A stretch of 30,023 nucleotides of DNA from Planctomycetota bacterium (GCA_039190745.1 JBCCXZ010000053.1:1-30023), one strand, 5' to 3'; shown: positions 18,783 to 28,804, numbered from the stretch's first letter. The notes: generated by a model from the letters alone, not told the origin. Program-made: numbers and translations.

Positions 18783-20750
18783 TTAGTCCTCCGGTTGCGG
18801 CGGTGGGGCCAGGCGGTGCGCGGCGGCGGGCTCCGCCGCCCCCCTGGGCTCGGCCCCGACGGGCGGGCCGAGGATCTCCTCCAACCCCGCGGTGTCGACA
18901 ATCTCTTGCTCAAGAAGCGCATCGGCGAGCGAGTCGAGCTTCTCACGCTCGTCGGTCAGCACCCGCGCGGCCGTCTCGTCGGCGTCGTGCAGGATCCGCG
19001 AAACTTCCTCGTCGATCACCCGCGCGGTGTGCTCGCTGAAGAGCCGGTGCTCTTGCACGATTTCCTTGCCCAGGAACGGGTGGTCCTCACTCTCATTGAA
19101 AGCCACCGGGCCGAGCCGCTCGCTCATGCCCCACTTGGTGACCATCCGCCGAGCCAGCGAGGTCGCCCGCTGGAGGTCGCTCTCGGCGCCGGCGCTGTAT
19201 TCGTCGAAACGGATCCTCTCGGCCGCACGCCCGGCGAGCGACATAGCGAGGGTCGCCTCGATCTGCGCCTCCGAGACGTTCTTGCGGTCTTCATCAGGGA
19301 CCAGCTGCGTCACGCCCAGCGCACGGCCGCGAGGGACGATCGTCACCTTGTGGACCTTGTCCGAATGCGGCAGCAGCCACGCGAGCAGCGTGTGCCCCGC
19401 CTCGTGGTAGGCGCAGATGAGCTTCTCTTCATCGCTCAGCACGTCGTCTCGGAGGGCGCCCATAAGCACCTTGTCGCGGGCGTACTCGAAGTCGTCCATC
19501 CGCACGATCGACTGGTCGTGCCGCGAGGCCCACAGCGCCGCCTCGTTCACGAGATTGCGGATGTCGGCGCCGGTGAGGCCGACCGTGCCGCGGGCGAGCC
19601 GTTCCATTTCGACGTCCTCTGCCACGGGCACGCCGCGCGAGTGCAGCTCGAACAGCTCGCGGCGGCCCTCGATGGTCGGCCGGTCGACGGTCACCTGACG
19701 GTCGAACCGCCCGGGCCTCAGCAACGCGGGGTCGAGCACGTCGGGCCGGTTGGTCGCCGCCAACACGATCACGGTCGAAGTCTGCGAGAAGCCGTCCATC
19801 TCGCTGAGGATCTGGTTAAGCGTCTGCTCGCGTTCGTCGTGCCCGCCGCCCAGGCCGGCGCCGCGTTGGCGGCCCACCGCGTCGATCTCGTCGATGAACA
19901 GGATCGCGGGAGAGTTCTCCTTGGCGGTCTTGAACATGTCCCGCACCCGGCCGGCTCCGACGCCGACGAACAGCTGGATAAACTCCGAACCGTTGATCGA
20001 GTAGAACGCAACGCCCGCCTCACCAGCCACGGCACGAGCCAGAAGCGTCTTGCCCGTGCCCGGCGGGCCCATTAACAGGACGCCCTTGGGCACCCGCGCC
20101 CCGAGCTGGTGGAATTTCTCGGGCTCCTTCAGGAACTGGACGATCTCCTCAAGGTCTTTCTTCACCCCCTCGAGGCCCGCGACATCGTCGAATGTCACCG
20201 CCTTCTGTTCAGCGTCGTACTTGCGTGCCGGGCTCCGCGTGACGCCGCCCAGCATGCCGCCCCCCATCATGGGGTCGCGGCTGCGGCGCATCATCGACCA
20301 GCCGAACACTAATAGCAGGAGGATCGCGATCGTTGTGGCGAAGAAGAGAAGGTCTGCTATCGCGGCCGGCTCTTCGTACTGTGTGACGATCCCCTCGGCC
20401 AGCAGGCTGTCAATCCACTCCTGCCCCAGCTGGGGGGGGATGCTGCACCGGAACACCAGGTCGTCTGCGGTCTTGCCGTCCTCTGCCCCGTCCGGCTTGC
20501 GGAACTTGCCGACCAGCTGCGTCCGGCCCCGGATCGTGACCTCCGCAATCTTGCCGGCAGCGAGCTGCTTCTGGAACTCGCTGAAAGAGATCTCTTCGCT
20601 ACGGACCAGAGGCTCGACGGCGACCGCGACCACCGCGACCAACAACAAGCCTACCATCAGCCAGTGCAGCGGCGTCCAGCTGGAGAAGTACCCCCCGGGC
20701 TTCTCGGGTTGCTGGTCTCCCCGCTGGGCGGCTGGTTGTTCTTCCGGCAT
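18783..20750 (-). CDS. ftsH: ATP-dependent zinc metalloprotease FtsH
   Basis: Two TM segments, [44 protein letters not shown] zinc motif. Confidence 0.98.
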   Translation of the reverse strand: MPEEQPAAQRGDQQPEKPGGYFSSWTPLHWLMVGLLLVAVVAVAVEPLVRSEEISFSEFQKQLAAGKIAEVTIRGRTQLVGKFRKPDGAEDGKTADDLVFRCSIPPQLGQEWIDSLLAEGIVTQYEEPAAIADLLFFATTIAILLLLVFGWSMMRRSRDPMMGGGMLGGVTRSPARKYDAEQKAVTFDDVAGLEGVKKDLEEIVQFLKEPEKFHQLGARVPKGVLLMGPPGTGKTLLARAVAGEAGVAFYSINGSEFIQLFVGVGAGRVRDMFKTAKENSPAILFIDEIDAVGRQRGAGLGGGHDEREQTLNQILSEMDGFSQTSTVIVLAATNRPDVLDPALLRPGRFDRQVTVDRPTIEGRRELFELHSRGVPVAEDVEMERLARGTVGLTGADIRNLVNEAALWASRHDQSIVRMDDFEYARDKVLMGALRDDVLSDEEKLICAYHEAGHTLLAWLLPHSDKVHKVTIVPRGRALGVTQLVPDEDRKNVSEAQIEATLAMSLAGRAAERIRFDEYSAGAESDLQRATSLARRMVTKWGMSERLGPVAFNESEDHPFLGKEIVQEHRLFSEHTARVIDEEVSRILHDADETAARVLTDEREKLDSLADALLEQEIVDTAGLEEILGPPVGAEPRGAAEPAAAHRLAPPPQPED

Positions 20751-20810
20751 CGGGTCTCTGTTGCTGGGGGCTCCGTTGCTGGGTGGTAACGTCGAGCGGC
20801 GACAGGCCCA

Positions 20811-21602
20811 CTATTCAGTCGGAGAAGCTTCGTCGATCTGGATCGTGTCGCCCGACTCGTCCTCGGCTTCTTCTGAACCAGACGCACTACTCGGCGTGTT
20901 GCGCAAGACCCTACCGTTCTGCTCGCCGTTGCTGAACTCGACCTCGAGAACCTTCCTACCGGCCTCGTCCCATTCCACAACGATGCCATCAACTCGGCCC
21001 TCAGTATGAGGAGCCCGCTGACGCTCTTGGCCGTTCACATAGAAACTCTTGCGCAGCCCCTCGAGCCTACCGTTCTGATAAGGCAATTCCACCCGGGGAG
21101 TCTTACCATCCGGGTGGTAGACGATCCAGGTGCCCTCCCGTTTGCCATCCACGTATTCACGTTCTGCTTCTAGGGAACCGTCCTCGCGGTAGGCCTTCCA
21201 CTTCCCGTCGGGCCGGCCTTCCACGAAGTTTACGGTGCGGTTGAGCTGGCCGTTGGGGTGCCAGAAACTCCACTCGCCGTGGTGCACGCCGTCTTTGAAC
21301 ACCCCCTCGGAGAACTTCTCCCCGTTCCGCCAGTATTCCTCGTACGGGCCGTGATTGATCACCGAGTCGTCGGACATCAGCTTGACGCTGCGTTTCACTC
21401 GGGTGCTCTTGTCGGCGTACTGCTCAAGGTAGGTCTTTTTGCCCATGGCACGCGGAGCGGGGGCCGGACGCGGCTCGTCGAGGTAGATCTCCTCGGAGGC
21501 AGTGTCTTCCTTGGTTTGGGCCGCCGCGCTACGGTCGAACGAAGCAGCATCGAACCAAGCGACCCAAGAGGCGGCCAGCAGAATCGTAAGTACGTAACGC
21601 AT
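20811..21602 (-). CDS. Exported MORN-variant (YwqK-like) repeat protein
   Basis: Signal peptide MRYVLTILLAASW...AAAQ; about 6 repeats of G-x-W/Y-x-x-Y/W-x-x-N/D-G spaced ~24 aa apart; acidic tail; start ATG 21602. Confidence 0.82.
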   Translation of the reverse strand: MRYVLTILLAASWVAWFDAASFDRSAAAQTKEDTASEEIYLDEPRPAPAPRAMGKKTYLEQYADKSTRVKRSVKLMSDDSVINHGPYEEYWRNGEKFSEGVFKDGVHHGEWSFWHPNGQLNRTVNFVEGRPDGKWKAYREDGSLEAEREYVDGKREGTWIVYHPDGKTPRVELPYQNGRLEGLRKSFYVNGQERQRAPHTEGRVDGIVVEWDEAGRKVLEVEFSNGEQNGRVLRNTPSSASGSEEAEDESGDTIQIDEASPTE

Positions 21603-21654
21603 GCTGTGTCTCAATTTAAGGGAGGTCTTTGCCGGACGGGTGCAACCGTTTTGG

Positions 21655-21680
21655 GACGCTCGCAGCGATCCCAAAGTTCC
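21655..21680 (-). promoter_or_regulatory. Candidate ECF-sigma promoter for the MORN-repeat gene
   Basis: Minus strand GGAAC (21680-21676), 17-bp spacer, CGTC (21658-21655), about 50 nt upstream of the ATG; overlaps inverted repeat tttggga/tcccaaa. Confidence 0.4.
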
Positions 21681-21826
21681 GCCGGAGCCAACATCCTTGC
21701 GTGGCAGAGTCTCCAGTATGCCACAGCAACCGGGCGACACCAACCGGACGGAAACAATCAAAAAGGCCTCCGCAACCGAGCGTCTTCGGGATATGGCGGT
21801 TCTGCGAGTGCGGCGGCGAACGCCGA

Positions 21827-23119
21827 CTAGCCCGGGGTCCATCCCGCCGGCAGCTTGGCGTTCTTCTCTACAACCAGAATGCCGTCGTGAATCGCCCCAA
21901 ACTCGCCGAGAGACGCCTCGTCGACGCCATTCTCGGCAACCACACGAGCGCCTTCGCCGATGCTAGCATTCTTGTCGATGATTGCCCGCTCGATCACCGC
22001 CCCGTTTGAAATGCCTAAGCCCACGGGATCGGGGTGGTCCATCGCGTCGAGATCGAGGTTGTGGCCGTAGAAGTCGGCGCCCATGATCACCGAGTTGCGG
22101 ATCGTGACGTTTTCGCCGATCACGCACCGCAGCCCGATGACGCTGTTCTCGATGACCGAGCCCGCCCCGATAGTGCAGCCGTCGGCGATCAGGCTCGAAG
22201 AGACCTGGGCCCCGTCGATCCGGGTCGGCGGAAGGAACCGGGGCCGGGAGTAGATCGGCGAGTCTACAGCACCAAGCGTGAACGGCGCGTCTGGCCGGGA
22301 GAGCTGCAGGTTCGACTCGTAGAACGAACCGATCGTGCCGATGTCTTCCCAATAACCGTCGAACAGGTGGAGCTGCACCTTCCGCGTGTCGATCGATTGC
22401 GGGAACACCTCACGGCCGAAGTCGTGATGGTCGGTCTCTTTGAGCGCCTGGGCCAGCACTTCTCGGTTGAAGATGTAGATGCCCATGCTCGCCAGGCAGC
22501 TCCGGCCGTTGCTCTCGAAGCCCCGGGCGTCGATCCACGCAGGGTCCATCAGCACCTCGGCAAGCTCTGCTTCGCTCTTGGGTTTCTCGCGGAACCCCAC
22601 GACCCGGCCAGTCTCGTCCGCCTTCATCACGCCCAAGCCGGAAGCTTCGTGCGGGTGGACCGGCTTGGCGGCAATCGTGATCTCGGCGCCGGCTTCTTGG
22701 TGTGTCTGGAGCATCTCGGCGAAATCCATCCGGTAGAGCTGATCACCCGAGAGGATCACCACGTAGTCGGTGTTCCGCTGCGTGAGGTAACGCAGGGTCT
22801 TCCGCACCGCGTCGGCGGTGCCCTGGTACCAGTCGGTGCCCTCGGTGACGGTCTGCTGCGCGGCTAGGATCTCGACGAAGCCGCCGTTGAAGTTGTCGAA
22901 GCGGTAGGCCCCGCGGATGTGGCGGTGCAGGCTCACCGAAAGGAACTGCGTAAGCACGTAGATCTGGTTCAGCCCGCTGTTGAGGCAGTTGGAGATGGGG
23001 ATGTCGATCAGCCGGTACTTACCGCCAAGCGGCACGGCCGGCTTCGACCGGTACTTCGTCAGCGGCCGCAGCCGCGTCCCCTGCCCGCCGCCCAACACCA
23101 CCGCGACCACGTTTTTCAT
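21827..23119 (-). CDS. glgC: Glucose-1-phosphate adenylyltransferase
   Basis: LGGGQGTRLRPLT..RSKPAVP, WYQGTADAV, LSGDQLYRMD, FREKP, ASMGIYIF, DFGREV, YWEDIGTI; C-terminal beta-helix. Confidence 0.98.
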   Translation of the reverse strand: MKNVVAVVLGGGQGTRLRPLTKYRSKPAVPLGGKYRLIDIPISNCLNSGLNQIYVLTQFLSVSLHRHIRGAYRFDNFNGGFVEILAAQQTVTEGTDWYQGTADAVRKTLRYLTQRNTDYVVILSGDQLYRMDFAEMLQTHQEAGAEITIAAKPVHPHEASGLGVMKADETGRVVGFREKPKSEAELAEVLMDPAWIDARGFESNGRSCLASMGIYIFNREVLAQALKETDHHDFGREVFPQSIDTRKVQLHLFDGYWEDIGTIGSFYESNLQLSRPDAPFTLGAVDSPIYSRPRFLPPTRIDGAQVSSSLIADGCTIGAGSVIENSVIGLRCVIGENVTIRNSVIMGADFYGHNLDLDAMDHPDPVGLGISNGAVIERAIIDKNASIGEGARVVAENGVDEASLGEFGAIHDGILVVEKNAKLPAGWTPG

Positions 23120-23156
23120 TTCGTTTCGATTCCAGATTCGAGGAGACGAGCGGGCC

Positions 23157-25793
23157 TTAGCCCTTGGTCACAAAGTTTACCAAACGCCCCGGCACGACAA
23201 TGGTCTTCACCAGCTCTTTACCGTCCAGCAGCTCTTTCACCCGCGGCTCGGCTAGAGCCGCGGCCTCGATGCCCGCCTGATCGGCGTCGGCTGGCACGGT
23301 GATTTTGGCCTTCACCTTGCCCTTGATCTGCACCGGCACTTCGACGGTCGATTCGACCAGCGCCGCCTCGTCGACTTCCGGCCAAGGCTCGTAGGCCAGT
23401 GTCCCGGCGTGCCCCAAGGCCGACCACAACTCCTCGCCCACGTGCGGGGCGAACGGCGAGAGCAGCAGCACCAGCTTCTCCATCGCTTCGCGCGGCCGAC
23501 GGTCGCGCTTGGTAAAGAAGTTAGTCATCTCCATCATCCGCGAGATCGCCGTGTTGAACGACAGCGTCGCGACATCGTCAGTGACCGCCTTGATGGTCTT
23601 GTGAAGCACCCGGTTTTCTTCTTCGTCGGGTGCGTCGTCGACCACCGCTGCATTGAGCGTTACCTCCTCGGCCTTGTCGTCGACGATCATCCGCCAGACG
23701 CGGCCCAGGAAGTTGTAGACGCCGCTCACGCCCTCCATGCTCCAGGGCTTGGTCTGTTCGAGCGGGCCCATGAACATCTCGTAGAGCCGCAGCGAGTCGG
23801 CGCCGTACTCGCGGACGATGTCGTCGGGGTTGATGACGTTGCCCCGGCTCTTGGACATCTTCTCGTTGTTTTCACCGAGGATCATGCCCTGGTTCACCAG
23901 CTTCTGGAACGGCTCGGCGGTGCTCACCACGCCGCGGTCGTAGAGCACCTTGTGCCAAAAGCGGGCGTACAAGAGGTGCAGCACCGCGTGCTCGGCGCCG
24001 CCGACGTAGAGGTCAATCGGCATCCACGCCTTCTCGATCTCCGGGTCGACCGCAGCCTGGTCGTTCTGGTTGTCCAAGAACCGCAGGTAGTACCAACAGC
24101 TGCCCGCCCACTGCGGCATGGTGTTGGTCTCACGCTTGTACCGCTTGCCGTCGACAGTCGGGTAGAGCCACTCGTCGGGCGCCTTGTCGAGCGGCGGCTC
24201 CGGCCGGCCGTGCGGCTTGAAGTCGTCGAGGTGCGGCAGGTCGACCGGCAGCTGGTCTTCGGGCACGGCCCGCAAGCGGCCGGTCTTCCCGCCGGCGTCG
24301 TCCAGCTCGTGGAGAATCGGGAACGGCTCGCCCCAAAACCGCTGCCGGCTGAAGAGCCAGTCGCGGAGTTTGTAGTTGACCGCCTGCTTGCCGAGCCCGC
24401 GCTCGGCAAGCCACGCGGTAATCTTGGCTTTGAACTCAGCGGTAGGAAGGCCATCGAACTCACCGGAGTTCACCGCCACGCCCGGCTGCGAAAACACGGC
24501 TTCCCCGGCGAGGATCTGTTCGCGCTCCTCGGCAGAGACGGCGTCACCCGGATCAACCACCGCTTGGATCGGGATGTCGAACTGCTTGGCAAACTCGAAG
24601 TCCCTTTCGTCGTGCGCCGGCACGGCCATGATCGCCCCGGTGCCATAGCTGATGAGCACGTAATCGGCGATCCAAATCGGCACCTTCTCGCCGTTCACCG
24701 GGTTGATCGCGTAGCTGCCGGTGAAGACGCCGGTCTTCTCTTTGGCCAACTCGGTGCGATCGAGGTCGCTCTTCGCCGCCGCCGCCTCGCAGTACTTCTT
24801 CACCGCGTCGGCGTTCTCGGGCGTGGTGAGCCGCTCGACGTACGGGTGCTCGGGGGCGATCACCATGTACGTGGCGCCGAACAGCGTGTCGGGCCGCGTA
24901 GTGTACACGCGGAGGACACCGTCGGCGGGCGTGTCCGTCCATTTAGCCCCGGGCGACTCGCCCGGGGCTAATTCACCGTCGATGCGGAAGTCGACTTCGG
25001 CCCCCGTGCTCCGGCCGATCCAGTTGCGCTGCAGCGCCTTCACGCCCGTCGGCCAGTCGAGCCCTTCGAGGTCTTTCTCCAACCGGTCGGCGTACGCCGT
25101 GATGCGCAGCATCCACTGCCGCAGCGGGCGCCGCTCGACGGGGTGCCCGCCGCGTTCGCTCTTGCCGTCGATCACTTCTTCGTTGGCGAGCACCGTCCCC
25201 AGCGCCGGGCACCAGTTCACCGGCGCCGAACTCTGGAACGCCAGCCGTCGCTCGTCCTGGTACACCCGCACGGCGTCCTCGCCCGCATTGGCGACCTCGG
25301 CGGGGATTGGCAACTCGCTGATCGGTCGGCCCTTCTGCTGCTCGGCGTCGAACCACGTGTCGTACAGCTGCAGGAAGATCCACTGCGTCCAGCGGAAGTA
25401 GGCGACATCGGTCGTTGCCGCCTCACGGGCCCAGTCGTAGCTGAAACCGAGCATCTTCAGCTGCCGCCGGAACGTGGCGATGTTCTGCTCGGTCTGCACC
25501 CGCGGGTGCTCGCCCGTTTTGATCGCGTGCTCCTCGGCCGGGAGGCCGAACGAGTCGAACCCCATCGGGTGCATCACGCTCTTGCCCTGCATGCGGGCCG
25601 CCCGGCAGACGATGTCGGTGGCTGTGTACCCCTCCGGGTGCCCCACGTGTAGGCCGTTGCCGCTGGGGTAGGGGAACATGTCGAGCGCGTAGAGCTTCTC
25701 GCCCTCCGGCAGCCGCGGCGAGGCGAAGGTCTGGTGCTCGTCCCAGTAGGCTTGCCACTTCGGCTCGATCGTCGCGGGGTTGTAGCGGGGCAT
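23157..25793 (-). CDS. leuS: Leucine--tRNA ligase
   Basis: [14 protein letters not shown], editing-domain [11 protein letters not shown] and [20 protein letters not shown]; start ATG 25793 (MPRYNP). Confidence 0.98.
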   Translation of the reverse strand: MPRYNPATIEPKWQAYWDEHQTFASPRLPEGEKLYALDMFPYPSGNGLHVGHPEGYTATDIVCRAARMQGKSVMHPMGFDSFGLPAEEHAIKTGEHPRVQTEQNIATFRRQLKMLGFSYDWAREAATTDVAYFRWTQWIFLQLYDTWFDAEQQKGRPISELPIPAEVANAGEDAVRVYQDERRLAFQSSAPVNWCPALGTVLANEEVIDGKSERGGHPVERRPLRQWMLRITAYADRLEKDLEGLDWPTGVKALQRNWIGRSTGAEVDFRIDGELAPGESPGAKWTDTPADGVLRVYTTRPDTLFGATYMVIAPEHPYVERLTTPENADAVKKYCEAAAAKSDLDRTELAKEKTGVFTGSYAINPVNGEKVPIWIADYVLISYGTGAIMAVPAHDERDFEFAKQFDIPIQAVVDPGDAVSAEEREQILAGEAVFSQPGVAVNSGEFDGLPTAEFKAKITAWLAERGLGKQAVNYKLRDWLFSRQRFWGEPFPILHELDDAGGKTGRLRAVPEDQLPVDLPHLDDFKPHGRPEPPLDKAPDEWLYPTVDGKRYKRETNTMPQWAGSCWYYLRFLDNQNDQAAVDPEIEKAWMPIDLYVGGAEHAVLHLLYARFWHKVLYDRGVVSTAEPFQKLVNQGMILGENNEKMSKSRGNVINPDDIVREYGADSLRLYEMFMGPLEQTKPWSMEGVSGVYNFLGRVWRMIVDDKAEEVTLNAAVVDDAPDEEENRVLHKTIKAVTDDVATLSFNTAISRMMEMTNFFTKRDRRPREAMEKLVLLLSPFAPHVGEELWSALGHAGTLAYEPWPEVDEAALVESTVEVPVQIKGKVKAKITVPADADQAGIEAAALAEPRVKELLDGKELVKTIVVPGRLVNFVTKG

Positions 25794-25799
25794 GGGGTG

Positions 25800-25834
25800 G
25801 ATCGGAGATTTGAGATTGCAGATTGAAGATCGCC
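25800..25834. repeat. Heptamer tandem array directly upstream of leuS
   Basis: gatcgga gatttga gattgca gattgaa gatcgcc (5 units); ends 6 nt from the leuS ATG. Confidence 0.85.
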
Positions 25835-25920
25835 TGCAGCGGACCGCCGACTGACGGGATTCGGGCTTCGCGAGACGCGATTCTAACTGGCGGAGGCCTC
25901 GCCGCAAACCTAGGCGACCG

Positions 25921-25950
25921 TTGACGTTGCTCTCTGAGCGTCAGTAACAT
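25921..25950 (+). promoter_or_regulatory. Predicted sigma70 promoter for hom (divergent from leuS)
   Basis: TTGACG (25921-25926), 18-bp spacer, TAACAT (25945-25950); a minus-strand TAGAAT at 25880-25885 may serve leuS. Confidence 0.5.
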
Positions 25951-26024
25951 GACGCCCGCCGGACCACTTGAGTTCACGCACCAGCCGCCCGCAGCACCGG
26001 GCGCTTCCTGAAGAAACGATTTCC

Positions 26025-27320
26025 ATGAAAAAAACCAACGTCGCCGTCATCGGCCTGGGCACCGTCGGGTCGGGCGTGGCCCGCATCCTGATCGACCAGG
26101 GTGACCGCACCGCCCGCCACGCCGGCCGCACTCTGTGGCTGAAGAAGGCCGTCTGCCGAGACCTCGCCAAGCCCCGCGACTGCGAGCTGCCCGAAGGCGT
26201 GCTAACCGACGACGTCAACGAGGTGATCGAAGACGACGAGATCACCGTGGTCGCCCAGCTAATCGGCGGACTCGAGCCGGCCCGTTCGATCATGCTCCAG
26301 CTGCTGGAGAGCGGCAAGGACGTGGTAACAGCCAACAAAGCGCTGCTCGCCGAGCACGGGCCCGAGCTGTTCGACCGCGCTCGCGAGCTGGTACGCTCAA
26401 TCGCCGTCGAGGCCTCGGTCGCCGGCGGCGTGCCGATCATCGCTAACCTGGGGCAGTGCCTCACCGCCAATCAGGTCACCTCGCTGCACGGCATCCTCAA
26501 CGGCACGAGCAACTTCATCCTCAGCAAGATGCACGCCGACGGGGCCGCCTACTCCGACGTAGTGGCCGAGGCACAGCGGCTGGGGTACGCCGAGGCCGAT
26601 CCGACGATGGACGTCGACGGCACCGACGCCGCTCAGAAGCTGGCGATCCTCGCCCAGCTCGCCTTCGGCGCTCGGCTCGACTGGCGCGACATCCCCCGCT
26701 CAGGGATCGACACCGTCGAGTTGCTCGACGTCCGCTACGCCCAGGAGATGGGCTACCGCATCAAACTGCTGGCAGTGGCCGACCTGCACGACGGCCGGCT
26801 CGATTGCGAAGTGAACCCCGCGCTCGTACGCGCCGGCACGCCGCTGGGCGAGGTGGGAGGACCCTTCAACGCCGTGCTGGTGAAGGGCGACGCCGTGGGC
26901 CCGCTGTTCTTCCACGGCCAGGGCGCAGGGCAGATGCCGACTGCTTCGGCCGTGGTGGCCGACTTGATCGACACCGCCGTCGGTCGTTCTGCACTCACCT
27001 TCGGCACGCTACAGCTCTGGTCGAAGGCACTCGAAGGCGTCGACCAGGCCGACTTCGCCCACAGCACCGGCAGCCGCTACGTGCGGGTGATGGTCGAAGA
27101 CCACCCCGGCGTGCTCGCCCAGGTGACCAAGGCCTTCGGCGACGAGGGGATCTCGATCGCGTCGATCCTGCAGAAGGAACCCGTCGGCAGCGACTCGGCG
27201 GTGCCGCTGGTGATCATGACCCACGCCGCGAGCGAAGCGGCGACGGACAAGGCTTGCGCGACGATCGCGGCGCTAGAGGCTTGCCAGGCGGAGCCGGTGA
27301 AGATGTGGGTGCGGGATTGA
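26025..27320 (+). CDS. hom: Homoserine dehydrogenase with C-terminal ACT domain
   Basis: IGLGTVGSG, VVTANKA, EASVAGGVP, GILNGTSNFIL, AQRLGYAEADPTMDVDG, GQGAGQMPTASAV, ACT EDHPGVLA; start ATG 26025. Confidence 0.97.
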   Translation: MKKTNVAVIGLGTVGSGVARILIDQGDRTARHAGRTLWLKKAVCRDLAKPRDCELPEGVLTDDVNEVIEDDEITVVAQLIGGLEPARSIMLQLLESGKDVVTANKALLAEHGPELFDRARELVRSIAVEASVAGGVPIIANLGQCLTANQVTSLHGILNGTSNFILSKMHADGAAYSDVVAEAQRLGYAEADPTMDVDGTDAAQKLAILAQLAFGARLDWRDIPRSGIDTVELLDVRYAQEMGYRIKLLAVADLHDGRLDCEVNPALVRAGTPLGEVGGPFNAVLVKGDAVGPLFFHGQGAGQMPTASAVVADLIDTAVGRSALTFGTLQLWSKALEGVDQADFAHSTGSRYVRVMVEDHPGVLAQVTKAFGDEGISIASILQKEPVGSDSAVPLVIMTHAASEAATDKACATIAALEACQAEPVKMWVRD

Positions 27321-27326
27321 CGGAGT

Positions 27327-27482
27327 TAGCCACAGATGAACACAGATAAACGCTGATCGCCGGAGGCGTTTTGACAACCTTACCTCACTGCCAGTAACTC
27401 TCGACCTTACAAGAGTCAACTCGAACAACTGTTTGGGATAGCAGTCGAATCATCTGTGTTCATCTGCGTCCATCTGTGGCTA
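27327..27482. repeat. Inverted pair of 10-mer tandem arrays flanking a 94-bp spacer
   Basis: Left arm 27327-27357 tagc-cacagatgaa-cacagataaa-cgctgat; right arm 27452-27482 atctgtgttc-atctgcgtcc-atctgtggct-a; 26/31 identical as an inverted repeat. Confidence 0.93.
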
Positions 27483-27505
27483 TTTCCAAAGAACAACCGA
27501 GAACC

Positions 27506-28705
27506 ATGAAGTACGCAATCGTTATCCCAGACGGCGCAGCTGACGAACCGCAAGAAGCTCTCGGCGGAGAGACGCCTCTCGAAGCCGCTAATACTCCGGC
27601 GATGGACGCCGTGGTCGCCAAAGGCGTCGTCGCCCGTGCTTGCCATACGCCGCCTTCACTACCCGCGGGGTCGGAAGTGGGCAACATGAGCCTGCTGGGC
27701 TACGACCCGCTCGCCAACTTCACCGGTCGGGCGCCGATTGAGGCGGCGGCTCAGGGGATTCAGCTCGCGCCGGAAGACTGGGCCGTCCGCTGTAACCTAG
27801 TCACTGTGCAGGACCAGACGATGCGCGACTTCACCGCCGACCACATCAGCACCGACGAGGCGACCGCCCTGCTAGCCACGGCCCAAGATGAGCTCGGCGG
27901 CGGCGGTCTGGAGTTTGTCGCCGGCGTCAGCTACCGCAACCTGCTGCTCTGGCGTGGGGCTGACCGCCCTGCCCCGTTCACCATGGAGACCCGCTACACG
28001 CCGCCGCACGACCTGACCGACAAGTCGGTGCTGAACGACTACCCCCGCGGCCCGGGCAGCGACGTGCTCACCGAGCTGATGGAGGCCACCGCCCGGCTGT
28101 TCGCCGAGCACCCGGTGAACCAGAAGCGCATCGCCGAAGGCAAACTCCCCGCCACGAACGTCTGGCTCTGGGGCCTCGGCCAGGCGCCCGACCTCGCGCC
28201 ATTCACCGAAGCTTACGGCCCCCGCGGGGCGATGATCACGGCCGTGGATCTCCTTCGCGGCCTAGCCGCGCTGGTCGGCTGGGACCGCATCGAAGTCCCC
28301 GGCGCCACCGGCTACACCGACACCGACTACGCCGCCAAGGGCCGCTACGCGGTCGACGCCCTCACCAAGTACGACCTGATCTGCGTGCACGTCGAGGCGC
28401 CCGACGAAGCCTCGCACGAGGGCGACTGCGCCGCCAAGGTGAAGGCCATCGAAGAAATCGACCGCCACGTCGTCGCCCCGTTGGTCGAGGCCCTCAAGTC
28501 CCACGGCGACCACCGCATCCTCATCTCGCCGGATCACCCTACGTTCCTCAGCACCAAGACGCACACCCACGGCAACGTCCCCGTGGCGGTGGCCGGCACG
28601 GGCGTCGAACCCGACCGCTTCGACGCCTACGGCGACACGAACGCGGCGGCGTCCGACCTGGCGTTCGACGACGGCTGGAAGGTGATGGGATACTTTGTGA
28701 GGTGA
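27506..28705 (+). CDS. apgM: Cofactor-independent phosphoglycerate mutase, ApgM family (proposed homoserine kinase subfamily)
   Basis: IVIPDGAAD, TPLEAANTPAMD, GSEVGNMSLLGY, GRAPIEAA, HVEAPDEASHEGD, SPDHPT, THTHGNVP; start ATG 27506. Confidence 0.9.
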   Translation: MKYAIVIPDGAADEPQEALGGETPLEAANTPAMDAVVAKGVVARACHTPPSLPAGSEVGNMSLLGYDPLANFTGRAPIEAAAQGIQLAPEDWAVRCNLVTVQDQTMRDFTADHISTDEATALLATAQDELGGGGLEFVAGVSYRNLLLWRGADRPAPFTMETRYTPPHDLTDKSVLNDYPRGPGSDVLTELMEATARLFAEHPVNQKRIAEGKLPATNVWLWGLGQAPDLAPFTEAYGPRGAMITAVDLLRGLAALVGWDRIEVPGATGYTDTDYAAKGRYAVDALTKYDLICVHVEAPDEASHEGDCAAKVKAIEEIDRHVVAPLVEALKSHGDHRILISPDHPTFLSTKTHTHGNVPVAVAGTGVEPDRFDAYGDTNAAASDLAFDDGWKVMGYFVR

Positions 28706-28804
28706 TTTAAGATCGAAGATTTAAGATTGAAGAGTGAGAGGATGTTTATCACTCGCGTTGTTCTTCCCCTAACTTCTTAAATCTCAAATCTGCAATCTTA
28801 AATC
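28704..28804. repeat. Inverted pair of heptamer tandem arrays flanking a 45-bp spacer
   Basis: Left 28704-28731 gatttaa gatcgaa gatttaa gattgaa; right 28777-28804 ttaaatc tcaaatc tgcaatc ttaaatc; 24/28 identical as an inverted repeat. Confidence 0.92.

Noticed and set aside
20811..21602. Toxin-antitoxin system implied by a YwqK-like label
   Set aside because: No toxin gene is adjacent and the protein has a signal peptide; only the repeat fold is supported.
16155..23119. ppk1, glgC and a lipase as a storage-polymer cluster
   Set aside because: Separated by unrelated genes, with separate promoter candidates and opposite orientation for the lipase; the proximity may be incidental.
27327..28804. 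CRISPR array or IS/MITE interpretation of the repeats
   Set aside because: Units are 7-10 bp in tandem without unique spacers, and there are no cas genes, no transposase and no evident target-site duplication.
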